Assembly: GCA_041640595.1 (NCBI GenBank)
Contig: JBEPZY010000001.1
Location: 704,001 to 768,000, forward strand
DNA length: 64,000 nt
DNA from: Gemmatales bacterium
GTDB lineage: Bacteria > Planctomycetota > Planctomycetia > Gemmatales > HRBIN36
Reading direction: 5' to 3'
Shown: in pieces, positions 41,443 to 52,234 of the stretch
Numbering within the stretch: the stretch's first letter is position 1
Layout of the letters: the number at the start of each line of letters is the position of its first letter
Program-made: the position numbers and the translations under genes
Notes under the pieces: model-generated
The model's input: only the letters and a program-made list of their open reading frames with translations
The model's database searches: none
What the model was told of the DNA's origin: nothing

Positions 41443-42402
41443 ATGCGTCATCTGCTCAGCCTGCTTGATTTAAGTCCGCAAGAGTTGAGAGAACTTATCG
41501 CCGTTACGGTGCAGCGGAAAAAGCGAAAGCGATCGGAGACACCGCTACGGCAATGCGTTTTGGGGCTGATTTTTGAGAAACCGTCCCTGCGAACGCGCGT
41601 CAGCTTCGAGGCTGGCATGGCCCGACTCGGTGGCAGCAGCATCTTTCTCAGCGGTCAGGAAGTTGGCCTCGGTGTGCGTGAAAGCCTGGCCGATTGTGCC
41701 CGCACGCTGAGTCAGTACGTGCAGGGGATCGTCTTGCGCGTATTTCGGCACGAGACGATCGAGGAATTTGCCAGGTACGCCAGTGTGCCGGTGATAAACG
41801 GCCTGAGCGATCGCGAACATCCGTGCCAGGCGGTCGCCGATTTCGTGACCATGACCGAGTTGCTAGGTGATCTCTCAGGCCGCACAGTGGCGTTTATCGG
41901 GGATAGCAACAACATTGCCCGGTCGCTGGCCATTGGTTGTGCCATGCTGGGTATGCGCTGGCATCACGCTTGCCCGCGGGAGTTTCGGTTTGAGCCGGAC
42001 TTTTACCCCGGTTTGCAGCAGCAATTTCCGCAAGCGGTACTGCGGTATTTTGACGAACCGGCGGAAGCCGTGCGTCAGGCCGATGTCATTTATACCGATG
42101 TCTGGACGAGCATGGGTCAGGAGAACGAACAGGCTCGGCGGCGGCAAGCATTTGCCCAATTCCGGGTGGATGCAGAATTGCTGAAACATGCGCCGGCCCA
42201 TGTGCGGATTATGCATTGCTTGCCGGCACATCGCGGCGAAGAAATTACTGACGAAGTGCTCGACGGGCCGCACAGCGTTGTTTTCCAGCAAGCCGCTAAT
42301 CGAATGTATGCACAAGAAACGCTGCTATTGTGGTTGCTAGGGAAATTACGGAGAATCGCTCCTACTTCGCGCCGGCGTTTGCGCAGTGGGCGAAATACCT
42401 GA
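41443..42402 (+). CDS. argF: Ornithine carbamoyltransferase
   Basis: FEKPSLRT, HPCQ, DVWTSMG, HCLPAHRG. Confidence 0.95.
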   Translation: MRHLLSLLDLSPQELRELIAVTVQRKKRKRSETPLRQCVLGLIFEKPSLRTRVSFEAGMARLGGSSIFLSGQEVGLGVRESLADCARTLSQYVQGIVLRVFRHETIEEFARYASVPVINGLSDREHPCQAVADFVTMTELLGDLSGRTVAFIGDSNNIARSLAIGCAMLGMRWHHACPREFRFEPDFYPGLQQQFPQAVLRYFDEPAEAVRQADVIYTDVWTSMGQENEQARRRQAFAQFRVDAELLKHAPAHVRIMHCLPAHRGEEITDEVLDGPHSVVFQQAANRMYAQETLLLWLLGKLRRIAPTSRRRLRSGRNT

Positions 42403-45400
42403 CGTGGCTGTCGCACTAAGGTATAGCGTCAGGGCAGGGTATTCACAAACGAATCCACACGCTTTCAGCCAATGAGCGGCGGGTGTCTGGAGGATCGGCG
42501 TGTTGTTCCAGGTTTCTACTCGCAGTCGGCCACGAAGCCAGGGTTGCCAGATGACCGCCAGTTCGCCTAACGCTGTGACCGCGGTTTGACACTCGTCGGG
42601 CGAAACCCCTTCGCAAGCACTCAGCTTTTTGCCGAAAGATTCTACCAGCAAGACCGGTCGGCCGCGGTGCCAGATCATGGCGTTGCCGAGACGACGGAAG
42701 CTTTTCCCTATTTCGCCGACGAGTTTCGTATCTATTGCCGTACTCAGCCCTGCCAGACAGGCCGGGTCAACAGCCTGGACGGTCATCAGTTCGGTGGCAG
42801 GTGATGTTCCCGATGCCAGCAGGTGTGCAGCTTCGGGCAAGGCGTACTGCTCTCCGCAGAGACCCGCGACAAAGTAACCGCGGTAAATTTCCCCGGCCCA
42901 TTCCAGTTGCTGCAACGCCAGGCGCAACACGGACCAGGGCGGGCCTAAGTTGTCCCATTCCGCCAGTTCACGGCAAACGATACCGTAACGTTCCAGCAGA
43001 ACGTGCACACGCCAGAGCACCACCAATTCAGCTGCGGGTTTCCCGGAAGGAAGCAGAAACCACCGCCCCTCACCGCTGTTGCCGGTGAGATAGCTGCTGC
43101 CTATCCTCGGTCGCCAGGAACCGTCGCGGCATGCGTCCCAGCGTTCGGCGTAACGTAGCACATCGAGCTGATCATTGGAAACCAGTCCCGCCGCAAGCAA
43201 TTCCAGTAAAGCCCGGCGTATGCGCCCGGGAGATTGGCCACTATAGCGAGCTAAATCCACTACGAAACTGGCTCCCCGTTCCTTGAGCAGTTGCTGGACC
43301 TGCAATGCTTCCGCCGAAAGCTCCGGTGTAACCTCTCCGTGCAGGAAAGAAGCATAATCGGCATCCGACCTCGGCAGGAACGCCAGTTCGCATTCGCCCA
43401 AGCGGAAACTGGTTTCGGCTTTATCGGCATGGTTCGGCGAGCGAGTCAACCAGAGCCATTCGCCACTTTGCACCAGATGGTTCAACCAGGCGGGCTGATA
43501 ATCCGGTAACCGCGGACGCAGGAGTAACGGCTCCCACCACTGCCACGCCAGCCACAATCCCTGGAGTCGTCGCAGCACCTGCCGCAAACCTTCCACGCCT
43601 CGGTGCTTTTCCACGCCGGCCAGTCCTTGCCAGTGCAACAAAAAGCGAGCAAACTGCAGCATGCTTACTTCGTGAAACGCAGCGCGGCGTCGCAGGCGTT
43701 GCTGACGCGCCGCCAGTTCTCTCAGCTGACGCCGAACGTACCGGGTGTTGCCGTCAGGTTCCTGCAAAGCGCAGAGCCAGCCTTCGCTCACCCAGGATTG
43801 CAGTGTGTGGTGCAACCACCCGGCTGGAATCGGATAGCGTTGCTGAATCTCCTCCACGCTCGTCGTGGCACGCTGATTCAAAAACCGCCGGAGTATCTCT
43901 CGCCATGCCGATTCCACTTCCGCCTGTCGAGGACGGTCAGCGTCACCGTCCGCCTGGACGAGATCGTTTGCCTCCCCGAAAGCTGTCCGGTAAAGCGACA
44001 AATCTTCCGCAGCGATCCAGCGTTGCGGTTGCCAGAACTGGCACGGAATCTGCCACAAGACCACTCGCTTTTGTTCGATTAAGCGTTGCAGGCGGGGCCG
44101 TTGTTCCGCGGGAATTTCGTCGGGCAGGGTATCGCCGCGACGGCGAAGCCATTCCGCCAGTTCGTGTTCGGAGCGAATGGGGAAATCCAGGGTTTGCTGT
44201 GCGTTAACCAGAGCCGTCTCGTCTAAACTTTCCGGGGTCGCGGGAGCCAGCAGTTGCCGGAGCGGTTCGACATTTACCGCCGGTGAACGCTGGGCGGGTT
44301 CGACCCGGTCGTAGTCGTACATAAACGCGCCGGTAAACTGAAACCGCAACTGAGCGGCAAATGGCGAGGGGAAGTCGTGCACAATACGCCGCACAGCAAT
44401 TTCACCGTTGCGAATCTTTTCAAGCACCTGGCGTAACCGTGGCACATCGAGATGTTCATTCAGGCACTCGCGGTAGGTTTCCATCACCACCGGGAAATCC
44501 GGGCAGCGCTCCACCAGTTGCAGCAGGTTGCGGGCTTTGAGCCGTTGCAACCATAACGGTGTGCGTCGCTGCGGATGAAGCCGCGGTAACAAAAGCGAGC
44601 GCATCGCGTTTTGTCGGAAGCGGATGGCGAAAAATGCGCAACTTCCCAGCGACGCCAGCACATCTTTTTCGACCCGTTCCGGCATTAACTCGTGCAGCAC
44701 ATCAACGGGCGGTTCTCCGGTATCCAGCAGGCGGATCAACACTCCGTCATCGTGGTGCACTGCGGGGGCCGCACAGCCGTAACGTTCCTTCCACCACGAT
44801 TCCAGCGCCAATCGCAGCGTGAAATGCCAGCGCTGGCCAAAGGGCGAAAGCACAGCCAGATACCAGTCGCCCATTTCGTCGGGAAACGCCTCAACCAGGA
44901 TGGTGTCCTCGCAGGGAACCACGCCGGTTTGTTCAAGCTGCCGATGAACATAGTCCCAGAGCTGACGGGCGGCGTGGGGTTCTAAGGCACATTCGCGGCG
45001 AAGCCAATCGAGACAATCGCGATCATGCAGACGGTTTCGGAGTTCGCGTAATAACCGGCCTACCGCCAGTCCCAGTTCCCAGCTTCTCCCCAGCCGTTCA
45101 CCTCGCCAAAAGGGCATGACGGCTGGCTCGTGGGGAGAGGTTCGGCGAACGACCACTTCCTGGGCACCGATGTCCTCGATTCGCCACACGCCGGTGCCCA
45201 AAACGAACACATCGCCCAGCCGCCGTTCGTAAACGAATTCTTCGTCCAGCGTACCCAGCACCACGCCGGTATCTGCGAGTATCACCTTATACTGACCCGT
45301 ATCGGGAATGGTGCCGCCATTGACCAGGGCGAGATGCTGGCTGCCGGGCAGCGGATAGAGCGTGTCGCTGGCCCGATCCCAGGCAAGACGGGGTCGCCAT

Positions 45401-46824
45401 AAAGCCGAATCCAGCCCCGGCCAGCGAGCGCTCAACATCCGTAAGACGTTTTCGAGTGCCGTATCCGGCAGCTGCCGGTAAGGCCAGGCCCGGCGAATCA
45501 CCTGCCGCAATTCAGCCACCGGCCAGGCGTCCATGGCGACCATCGCCACAATTTGCTGGGCGAGCACATCCAGGCAGTTTGGGGGCGTCGTTGTTTCTTC
45601 GAGGATGCCCTGGCGCATGGCCCGTACCAGTGCCGCCAGTTCTACCAGATCGGAAGCGGTCTTGGCGAGGAATCGTCCTTTGCAGACCGCACCAACGCGA
45701 TGACCGGACCGGCCCAGCCGTTGCCACGCTCGCCAGATGCTACCAGGCGATTCGATTTGGCAGACCAGGTCCACCGAACCGATGTCCAATCCCAGTTCCA
45801 GCGACGCCGTGGCTACCACCGCCCGCAACTGACCAGCCTTGAGTTGCTGTTCGGTTTGCCGACGCACTTCCAGCGACAAACTGCCGTGATGCGACCGCAC
45901 GGGGATGGCGTGCGGATCCTCCGCATCGCCCGCCCCGATCTCCCAACTTTCCCGTAACCGTGCCGACATTCGCTCTGCCGCCCGGCGATTATTGGTGAAG
46001 ACCAGGGTCGAGGTATGCTGCTCGATAAGGTGGAGCGTGGCCGATTCGATCGCCGGCCAAACGCTGGTTTCCTGTAGCAAAGCGCTATCGGCAGCAGGCG
46101 CGAGCACGGCAACATCGAGTGGCCGCGATTGCCCGAGATCCACAATGGTCATGCTCCGACCAGTTCCCGCCAGCATGCTGGCAGCCGCTTCGACAGGTCG
46201 TAGCGTGGCCGACAGACCGATACGCTGGAAATCCCGACCTGCCCACCACGCCAGTCGTTCCAGCAACAGCGTCAAGAACACACCGCGTTTATTCGGGCAC
46301 AGGGCGTGCCATTCGTCCACGATGCACCATTCCACCCGCCGCAAAATCTGCCGACCCTGTGAGGTGAGCAGGAGATGGAGCGATTCCGGCGTGGTAATGA
46401 GGATGTGGGGCGGTTGACGCAAAAGACGACCGCGATCGCGGGAAGAGGTGTCGCCGGTTCGCACGGCCAGACGCAAGCGCGGTAAGCTTACGCCCAGCTC
46501 CGCCGCGACCCGGGGAACTTCGCGGAGCGGCAACTCCAGATTCCGCGAGATGTCATAACTCAGCGCCCGTAGCGGCGAAACATACAGGACCCGCACGGTA
46601 TCGGTTTCGCTTGCAGTTCGCCACAACCGGTCGAGCCCCAGCAGAAACGCCGCCAGCGTTTTGCCCGAACCTGTCGGTGCCACCAGCAACGTGTGCTGCC
46701 CGGAGGCGATCACTGGCCAGCCCTGCACCTGCACCGGCGAGGGTTCTCCGAAGGTTTGGCGGAACCATTCCGCGACTACCGGCAAAAACAAATCCAGCAC
46801 CGCAGATGCATTCGGTTCGCTCAT
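42346..46824 (-). CDS. lhr: Lhr family ATP-dependent helicase (long form)
   Basis: APTGSGKT, TTPESL, DEWH, SAT, HHGSLS, LELGLD, GTIPD, long C-terminal winged-helix region. Confidence 0.9.
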   Translation of the reverse strand: MSEPNASAVLDLFLPVVAEWFRQTFGEPSPVQVQGWPVIASGQHTLLVAPTGSGKTLAAFLLGLDRLWRTASETDTVRVLYVSPLRALSYDISRNLELPLREVPRVAAELGVSLPRLRLAVRTGDTSSRDRGRLLRQPPHILITTPESLHLLLTSQGRQILRRVEWCIVDEWHALCPNKRGVFLTLLLERLAWWAGRDFQRIGLSATLRPVEAAASMLAGTGRSMTIVDLGQSRPLDVAVLAPAADSALLQETSVWPAIESATLHLIEQHTSTLVFTNNRRAAERMSARLRESWEIGAGDAEDPHAIPVRSHHGSLSLEVRRQTEQQLKAGQLRAVVATASLELGLDIGSVDLVCQIESPGSIWRAWQRLGRSGHRVGAVCKGRFLAKTASDLVELAALVRAMRQGILEETTTPPNCLDVLAQQIVAMVAMDAWPVAELRQVIRRAWPYRQLPDTALENVLRMLSARWPGLDSALWRPRLAWDRASDTLYPLPGSQHLALVNGGTIPDTGQYKVILADTGVVLGTLDEEFVYERRLGDVFVLGTGVWRIEDIGAQEVVVRRTSPHEPAVMPFWRGERLGRSWELGLAVGRLLRELRNRLHDRDCLDWLRRECALEPHAARQLWDYVHRQLEQTGVVPCEDTILVEAFPDEMGDWYLAVLSPFGQRWHFTLRLALESWWKERYGCAAPAVHHDDGVLIRLLDTGEPPVDVLHELMPERVEKDVLASLGSCAFFAIRFRQNAMRSLLLPRLHPQRRTPLWLQRLKARNLLQLVERCPDFPVVMETYRECLNEHLDVPRLRQVLEKIRNGEIAVRRIVHDFPSPFAAQLRFQFTGAFMYDYDRVEPAQRSPAVNVEPLRQLLAPATPESLDETALVNAQQTLDFPIRSEHELAEWLRRRGDTLPDEIPAEQRPRLQRLIEQKRVVLWQIPCQFWQPQRWIAAEDLSLYRTAFGEANDLVQADGDADRPRQAEVESAWREILRRFLNQRATTSVEEIQQRYPIPAGWLHHTLQSWVSEGWLCALQEPDGNTRYVRRQLRELAARQQRLRRRAAFHEVSMLQFARFLLHWQGLAGVEKHRGVEGLRQVLRRLQGLWLAWQWWEPLLLRPRLPDYQPAWLNHLVQSGEWLWLTRSPNHADKAETSFRLGECELAFLPRSDADYASFLHGEVTPELSAEALQVQQLLKERGASFVVDLARYSGQSPGRIRRALLELLAAGLVSNDQLDVLRYAERWDACRDGSWRPRIGSSYLTGNSGEGRWFLLPSGKPAAELVVLWRVHVLLERYGIVCRELAEWDNLGPPWSVLRLALQQLEWAGEIYRGYFVAGLCGEQYALPEAAHLLASGTSPATELMTVQAVDPACLAGLSTAIDTKLVGEIGKSFRRLGNAMIWHRGRPVLLVESFGKKLSACEGVSPDECQTAVTALGELAVIWQPWLRGRLRVETWNNTPILQTPAAHWLKACGFVCEYPALTLYLSATATSGISPTAQTPARSRSDSP

Positions 46825-47002
46825 CGCAAGGGCTCGAAGCAGTCCGGAGCAAAAGTTTCTCAGCCAGGGCTAAATACCAGCTGACCAGCATTCCCGGTGC
46901 AAAAAGCGGCTCCATCAGATTGTAGAAGCGCGACGGTTACCGACCACGACGCACTTACCGGTCGGGAAACTGCCAGGCAGGCCGATCTGCTCTCCTTTTC
47001 TG

Positions 47003-47629
47003 TCAGCGCTGCGTCAGCCAGTACCAGGTGAACCACAAAGCCACCGCGAGCGACCCTCGCGCCAGCAATTGGGCTGACCAGTACCACATGGCCCAGTTGA
47101 TCGTTTCTGCGACAGCCTCGAGGGCATTGCGGAGATGCTCCGCTACCATCTGCCGGGGGCGTACACGCCGTAGGGTGAACCATTCCACCACATTCGCCCA
47201 CCGGCTCGAAAGCCAGAATTCCGCCTGGTCGAGCTGCTTATCCAGTTCGGGCGTGCGAATGTCGCCGCGGATGGAAAGTGCGTAGCCGTCCAGCAGCACC
47301 ACCACCGCAGCCAGTGCGCTGAGCAACCCGGCCAGGAAGAAGTGCCCACTCAAATCACGCGGTGTCAGCGTCGCTTGCGGCAGCAACAGGTAGTACACGG
47401 CGGAGTTTACCGCAGTCAGCACCAGAGTGAGAACACTGGGCAGCAGGGTGCGCCAGTTCAGAAACAGCCAGCGGTGTTCCAGTACCAGCTGCGAAAGTTT
47501 CGGCCAGCGTTGCGGTAATGCCAGCACCAGCGAAACCACTTGACCGTACACGCGATACCGCGCTGCTGTGCCCAGCGCGAAAATCACAATCAGGTAAAGG
47601 TTGTACAGCGCCAGCAGGTTGACGTGCAC
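47003..47629 (-). CDS. Hypothetical membrane protein
   Basis: About 4 TM segments; codirectional with neighbours. Confidence 0.65.
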   Translation of the reverse strand: MHVNLLALYNLYLIVIFALGTAARYRVYGQVVSLVLALPQRWPKLSQLVLEHRWLFLNWRTLLPSVLTLVLTAVNSAVYYLLLPQATLTPRDLSGHFFLAGLLSALAAVVVLLDGYALSIRGDIRTPELDKQLDQAEFWLSSRWANVVEWFTLRRVRPRQMVAEHLRNALEAVAETINWAMWYWSAQLLARGSLAVALWFTWYWLTQR

Positions 47630-47643
47630 GGTCGGGACAATGC

Positions 47644-49152
47644 TTACCGACGCTCGTTACGACGTGGTGTGGGCCAGCGGATGGGCTCGGCAGCAACATC
47701 GGCCAGCCGCGATAGCTCATCGGCGGTGAACGTGATCAGTCGCGACACGTGCACAGCCCCCGTCACCTGCTTCGAGATCGGATGGTCGGGGCGAAGGATC
47801 CGCCACGGGGCACCGTTCCCTGAACCGCCGCCGGAATTACCTCCGCCACCGCTGCGGAACGGCGGTTTCGAATACGGATCGGCTGCATTCAGGTTGACGA
47901 CGTAGCCCAGATCGGCCATGGACGCGGCGGTGATTCTGCTCAACGGATTGGGTGGCGGGTCGGCAAAGCCGGTCATCAGTTCGTTCTTGAAAACGCTCTC
48001 GCGCCAGTGACTGTCTCGCGTGCCAGCACCGCCGGTGTTCTCCACCGGCACCGAGGTTTCGTTGGTGTTGAAAATCGCCCGATATTGCTGCGTGGCCTGC
48101 GAGCCGGTGAAGCGTGGGTTCGGCCCGCCCGCTCCGCTCAGTAACCCCTTCAAATCCCAGATCGTGCCGAAGCCGAGTACGTGCCCCATTTCGTGCAAGA
48201 TCACGTCGCGGAGCAATCCGCTTTGTTCCATGTCGGCCAAGTCGGCAGTGTCGAATTCCATCGTGCCGTGGATCGGCAGGAATGAGCCTAACCGCAAAAA
48301 ATCGGGTCCGGCTTGACCGAGAATGCCACCGGTACCGTCAATCGGCACACCGCTGGCATCTATGAGGATGTCGTCGACCGGCTGGCCCTGGTAAACGGCA
48401 TCCGGCACATCGCCGACGATGATTTGCTCCCAGCGTTGGGCGGCCTGCTGGAAAACCTGCCATTGCGAATCGGTGAGACCGCTCCCGCGTCGCAAAGTGA
48501 TATTGAACTGACTGGCGGGCGTCCCACCGCCACCTCCACCCCCGCCGCCACCGCCCCCGCTACCTCCGCCGCCACCACCTCCGCCGCCACCGCCTTCCGG
48601 TGGAACGAGTTTGATGATCAGCGAGTACGGCCCGGTGCTGCCTTCCACATCTCCGGTGCCCTGGATCGGGTCGTAATTCATGTTGGGGTAGCCGGAGATG
48701 CCGATGTAATAGGTGCCGGCGGTGCTGAACTGGTATTTCAGATACGGGCTGAATCCGGGCGGCTGGTTGGGAATGGGGCCATCGTCGTTGAAGGCCAGTT
48801 CGTTTCCCCGACGGTCAAACAACCGCAGGTACGGATCGGTGGCCGGTGCTCGCGCCTGGACGATGAATTCCACGGTTGCGCCAGCCGCCACGCTGAACCG
48901 GTACATATCCACGTCTTCGGGAAAGCCAATCGAGGCACTTCGCCGCACCGATCGCGTGGGCGAGATGCTGCCGACGTTGATGGCCTCGGCCAGCGTGTCG
49001 TCCGCATCGCCAATCGGAGTGCCGAGCCGTGCCGGAACACACCGCGACTCCAGCTCCTCCAACTGCAAACTCGCGCGGGCTGTCTGCCGGGTAGCACTTC
49101 TGCTCCTCGACTCGGTGCATTTCCGCCACCAGCTCGACCCGCCGGATCCCAT
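47644..49152 (-). CDS. Secreted leishmanolysin-like (M8) zinc metalloprotease with PPC domain and Gly linker
   Basis: LEELESRCVP export motif, DVDMYRF/DPYLRLFD/NDD PPC domain, HEMGHVLGFG, SHW and ELMT. Confidence 0.85.
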   Translation of the reverse strand: MGSGGSSWWRKCTESRSRSATRQTARASLQLEELESRCVPARLGTPIGDADDTLAEAINVGSISPTRSVRRSASIGFPEDVDMYRFSVAAGATVEFIVQARAPATDPYLRLFDRRGNELAFNDDGPIPNQPPGFSPYLKYQFSTAGTYYIGISGYPNMNYDPIQGTGDVEGSTGPYSLIIKLVPPEGGGGGGGGGGGSGGGGGGGGGGGGTPASQFNITLRRGSGLTDSQWQVFQQAAQRWEQIIVGDVPDAVYQGQPVDDILIDASGVPIDGTGGILGQAGPDFLRLGSFLPIHGTMEFDTADLADMEQSGLLRDVILHEMGHVLGFGTIWDLKGLLSGAGGPNPRFTGSQATQQYRAIFNTNETSVPVENTGGAGTRDSHWRESVFKNELMTGFADPPPNPLSRITAASMADLGYVVNLNAADPYSKPPFRSGGGGNSGGGSGNGAPWRILRPDHPISKQVTGAVHVSRLITFTADELSRLADVAAEPIRWPTPRRNERR

Positions 49153-49377
49153 CGCCTTCCTCCCGCTACTAGGACGTGGTTGAGCGCGCACCACCACGCC
49201 AACCGTGTGTGGTGCATCTTCCTTCAACATTACCACATTCTTGCGAGCGCGGCCAGGGCGATGGATGCTCAGTTATGCCCCAGCAAGCCCTGGAGGCGCA
49301 TAAGCAATACCACTCCAACTGCCAGTCGGCAAAATGGGGGGGCAGAGTGCTCGCTTTCTTCGAACGAACCCGCCAGA

Positions 49378-50415
49378 TTATTCAACCTGTGTCCAGTCAA
49401 TGGACTTACCGTCAGCCCTGTTGCAGAGATAGAAGAACACATTGAGCTCTGCGGAGAAACGGATGCGTCGAATCGACCGATCGCCCATCACGGCATTCAC
49501 CGAACCCACGTGCGGGCCACCAAAAGCGGGCTCGGGGTTTCCAGTAATGGGGTTTAGACTAATAGAGTCAGAAGTTGCGTTGATTAGGTCCCCCCGAGGC
49601 ACCCACTGGGCGGGGGGTGAGGGCGGAATTGTTGTCTGGCCGCCACTCCAGCGGATGGTGCTGTAGTTGTAGCCGGGCCAGAAGCCCTGGTCCCAATTTG
49701 CACCTGACTCCATCAGATTACGAATCACCCACTTTTCGCCCAGCAAGAGGGTATTGGACAAGCCGTCTGGAACATCGCTCATCATGTTGATCGGCCGGTA
49801 GGATGCCAGGATTGTTAGTTTCGCATCCTCGGCTAGACTGGGTTTCAACAGGCCGAGCATCTGGGCCTCCCATGTATTCACGGGCCCGGTTGGGGTTAAA
49901 ACCGGCCCACCGTTGCCGGCGTAATCCGTCTGCGCCATCCCGCCATAAAGTTCCGGCTGGCGACGCGACGGGCAATAGTACAGCGGTACTACTGGAATAG
50001 CATTCGCTGGCTGCGAACTTGGCCAGTTGTTGTAGGTGGTGCCTAGCTCGATATACGGCAGAATCTGAAAACCCCAGCCAAGTCGCTGGTACCTGCCTGG
50101 AGCGGGAGGCGGAGGTGGAGCGGGAGGCGGAGGAGGGGGTGGACTTGGTTGATGACCGTTCGACCAAGTCGTAGTGGGCCCGACACTTACCTGCCACGCT
50201 CCCGCTGTGGGAAAGTAATTGTGATCGTTGTGAAAACTATGGAATGCCAGAGCGATCTGGGTCAGGTTGCTGGAACAGCGCATGCGGTTGGCCGCTTCGC
50301 GGGCACGCTGAATGGCCGGCAAGAGCAGCGACATCAGTAAGCCGATGATGGCAATGACGACAAGCAGTTCAATGAGCGTGAAGGCTTTGCGGAAGACAAG
50401 AACTCGGCGTTGCAT
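49378..50415 (-). CDS. DUF1559 family prepilin-like protein
   Basis: [38 protein letters not shown]; contains a poly-Pro insert. Confidence 0.93.
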   Translation of the reverse strand: MQRRVLVFRKAFTLIELLVVIAIIGLLMSLLLPAIQRAREAANRMRCSSNLTQIALAFHSFHNDHNYFPTAGAWQVSVGPTTTWSNGHQPSPPPPPPPAPPPPPAPGRYQRLGWGFQILPYIELGTTYNNWPSSQPANAIPVVPLYYCPSRRQPELYGGMAQTDYAGNGGPVLTPTGPVNTWEAQMLGLLKPSLAEDAKLTILASYRPINMMSDVPDGLSNTLLLGEKWVIRNLMESGANWDQGFWPGYNYSTIRWSGGQTTIPPSPPAQWVPRGDLINATSDSISLNPITGNPEPAFGGPHVGSVNAVMGDRSIRRIRFSAELNVFFYLCNRADGKSIDWTQVE

Positions 50416-50547
50416 GATTCGACCTCCTGAGGCTACCTGATGCGAGTCGGTTCGCTGCGACCGTTCCCCACACTTTTCGGGTGCCACACACCCCGCGAGT
50501 CCAACGCTGAATCGAAATAGGTGCACGGCTGCCCGGTCTCTGCTTCT

Positions 50548-50577
50548 ATGATAGCTGAGCCAGCCTGGCAGCGTCAA
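50548..50577 (-). promoter_or_regulatory. Putative sigma70 promoter for the second DUF1559 gene
   Basis: Minus strand TTGACG-18 nt-TATCAT. Confidence 0.5.
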
Positions 50578-50882
50578 GCCCCTTTTTGCAAAATTTTCCG
50601 GCAGTATCGCTTCACGGCCCGGGAACCGCCAGGTGCATGGTACACTGCCGGAATCGCCGGTCGGCACAAATGCTGGCGATTCGCAGGGGCAGGCTAGCCC
50701 TGGTCGGTCTGACTCGTATAACGGTTGTGAACGCCAGGAAAGGTGTGTCCGGCCTGGATGACGGTGGGCGAAGCGGGGGTGTGCCCTGGTCGGGCCAAAG
50801 TCGTGCCCGATCCTGGACGATACCACAAACGCACTCCCGCATAGCTCCAGGTCAGGACACCCGGAACGAGCATCCGTGAGCT

Positions 50883-51122
50883 ATGAGCAGCCAACCCACA
50901 TCCGCTGCCAATAACGATCCCCCGGTGCGCTGGGAACTGGTCGCGCGAGTTCGGCGGGCGATCCAGGAAGGAACTTACGAGACGCCGGAAAAATGGGCGA
51001 TTACCTTGCGGCGGTTACTGGCGTTGCTGGGACAGCCAGCGGTTACGGAGCCGGATTCGCAGGCTTTATCGGGGCCGGATAGTAGCATTCCCCGGTCGCC
51101 GCCCATTCCACACCGCGAATGA
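50883..51122 (+). CDS. Small FlgM-like (anti-sigma C-terminal motif) protein
   Basis: VRWELVARVRRAIQEGTYETPEK resembles the FlgM C-terminal helix. Confidence 0.55.
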   Translation: MSSQPTSAANNDPPVRWELVARVRRAIQEGTYETPEKWAITLRRLLALLGQPAVTEPDSQALSGPDSSIPRSPPIPHRE

Positions 51123-51885
51123 ACAGCAGCTGGAACCCGGCACTGCTTTTCATCGCCTCGACATCGTGGCCGAGCACGTTGTGATACACCCGCCCCTTGC
51201 CGTAGCGGGCAATCCAGACCATCGGTTCATGCAGGCCGGTGTTTTTCGGGTCTTTGCTTTTGTCGGAATAAGCGGTAGCCAGGACTTCGGCGTCGGGCGG
51301 AATGACGGAGTTCTGGTATAGCTCATCGCGGCCATGCTTGAATTCCTTGATGCCGCGGGTGATCGGATGGTCTTTGCGGACGGTAACGACGAATTCGTGC
51401 ATTTTGCCGTGGTATCCCTGCCGTCGCCAGCCCCCGGCGATGATTTTTTCAAACTCGCGGTCCCAATCACTGTCGCCGACAAAGGCTGCGGAAGCGTGGT
51501 GATACACGACCAGCCCTTTGCCGTTGCGAACGGCATCGGCAAACGCTTTCTGATTCGCTTCCGACCAGACGCTGTCCGGATTTTCCTTAGCCCCTTTGGG
51601 CGTGTTGCGGTAGTTGAGGACGAAAACGTCGTAGCGAGCGAGATTCTCCGGCGTGAGGTCTTTGCGTGGCGTTTCGGTCACATCCACCTGATGGCCGGCA
51701 CGAGTCAACAGGTCTTTGAGAAACGGCGTGGTTTCCCGCCAGGCGTGGCCGTGATCGCCGGTGATGATCAGGACGCGGATCGGTTTGGGTGGCTGAGCCG
51801 GGGTCTGCGACCAGACGGCGCTGCCGCCGGCCAGGCTGAAGATTGCGACCAGCGCTGTCCAGAATCGGTACACACGTGCACTCAT
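51043..51885 (-). CDS. Secreted ThuA-like domain protein
   Basis: Signal peptide; VLIITGDHGHAW, DELY, YGKGRVYHNVLGHD, RGVEWAA. Confidence 0.85.
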   Translation of the reverse strand: MSARVYRFWTALVAIFSLAGGSAVWSQTPAQPPKPIRVLIITGDHGHAWRETTPFLKDLLTRAGHQVDVTETPRKDLTPENLARYDVFVLNYRNTPKGAKENPDSVWSEANQKAFADAVRNGKGLVVYHHASAAFVGDSDWDREFEKIIAGGWRRQGYHGKMHEFVVTVRKDHPITRGIKEFKHGRDELYQNSVIPPDAEVLATAYSDKSKDPKNTGLHEPMVWIARYGKGRVYHNVLGHDVEAMKSSAGFQLLFIRGVEWAATGECYYPAPIKPANPAP

Positions 51886-52234
51886 GGTTGGCCTCCTGAT
51901 TCGCTCTTCACGGGTGGCGTGCGAGGCATTTTTATGGGAAACGGGTCGGAAAAACCAGCACCGTGCATGGTACCGCTCAGGAATGAGTTATCGCCGAGCG
52001 CGATCCACCCGGCCTGGATGGCAAGTAAACCGAATCGCAAAGAATTCCGCTACGGCAGCAAACTTGCGATTCTTGCCCAACAATTTACGGACTGCCTGTG
52101 GTTCGATCGGGCTATAACAATGGTGAGGCAGGGAAGCGAGTTGGTGTGGAACGGAAGAGTGGGTCGCTTTGCTGCGGCAATCGGTACCCTGACCGACACG
52201 GCTGGCGTATCGCTAACAATCGGGCGAGGCGAAC

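Noticed and set aside
42346..42402. argF/lhr convergent 57-nt overlap as a regulatory feature
   Set aside because: It involves only poorly conserved C-terminal tails, which is common in compact GC-rich genomes.
50586..50883. N-terminal extension of the FlgM-like ORF through TGA 50877
   Set aside because: The upstream translation looks non-coding and has no Cys/Sec-type motif.
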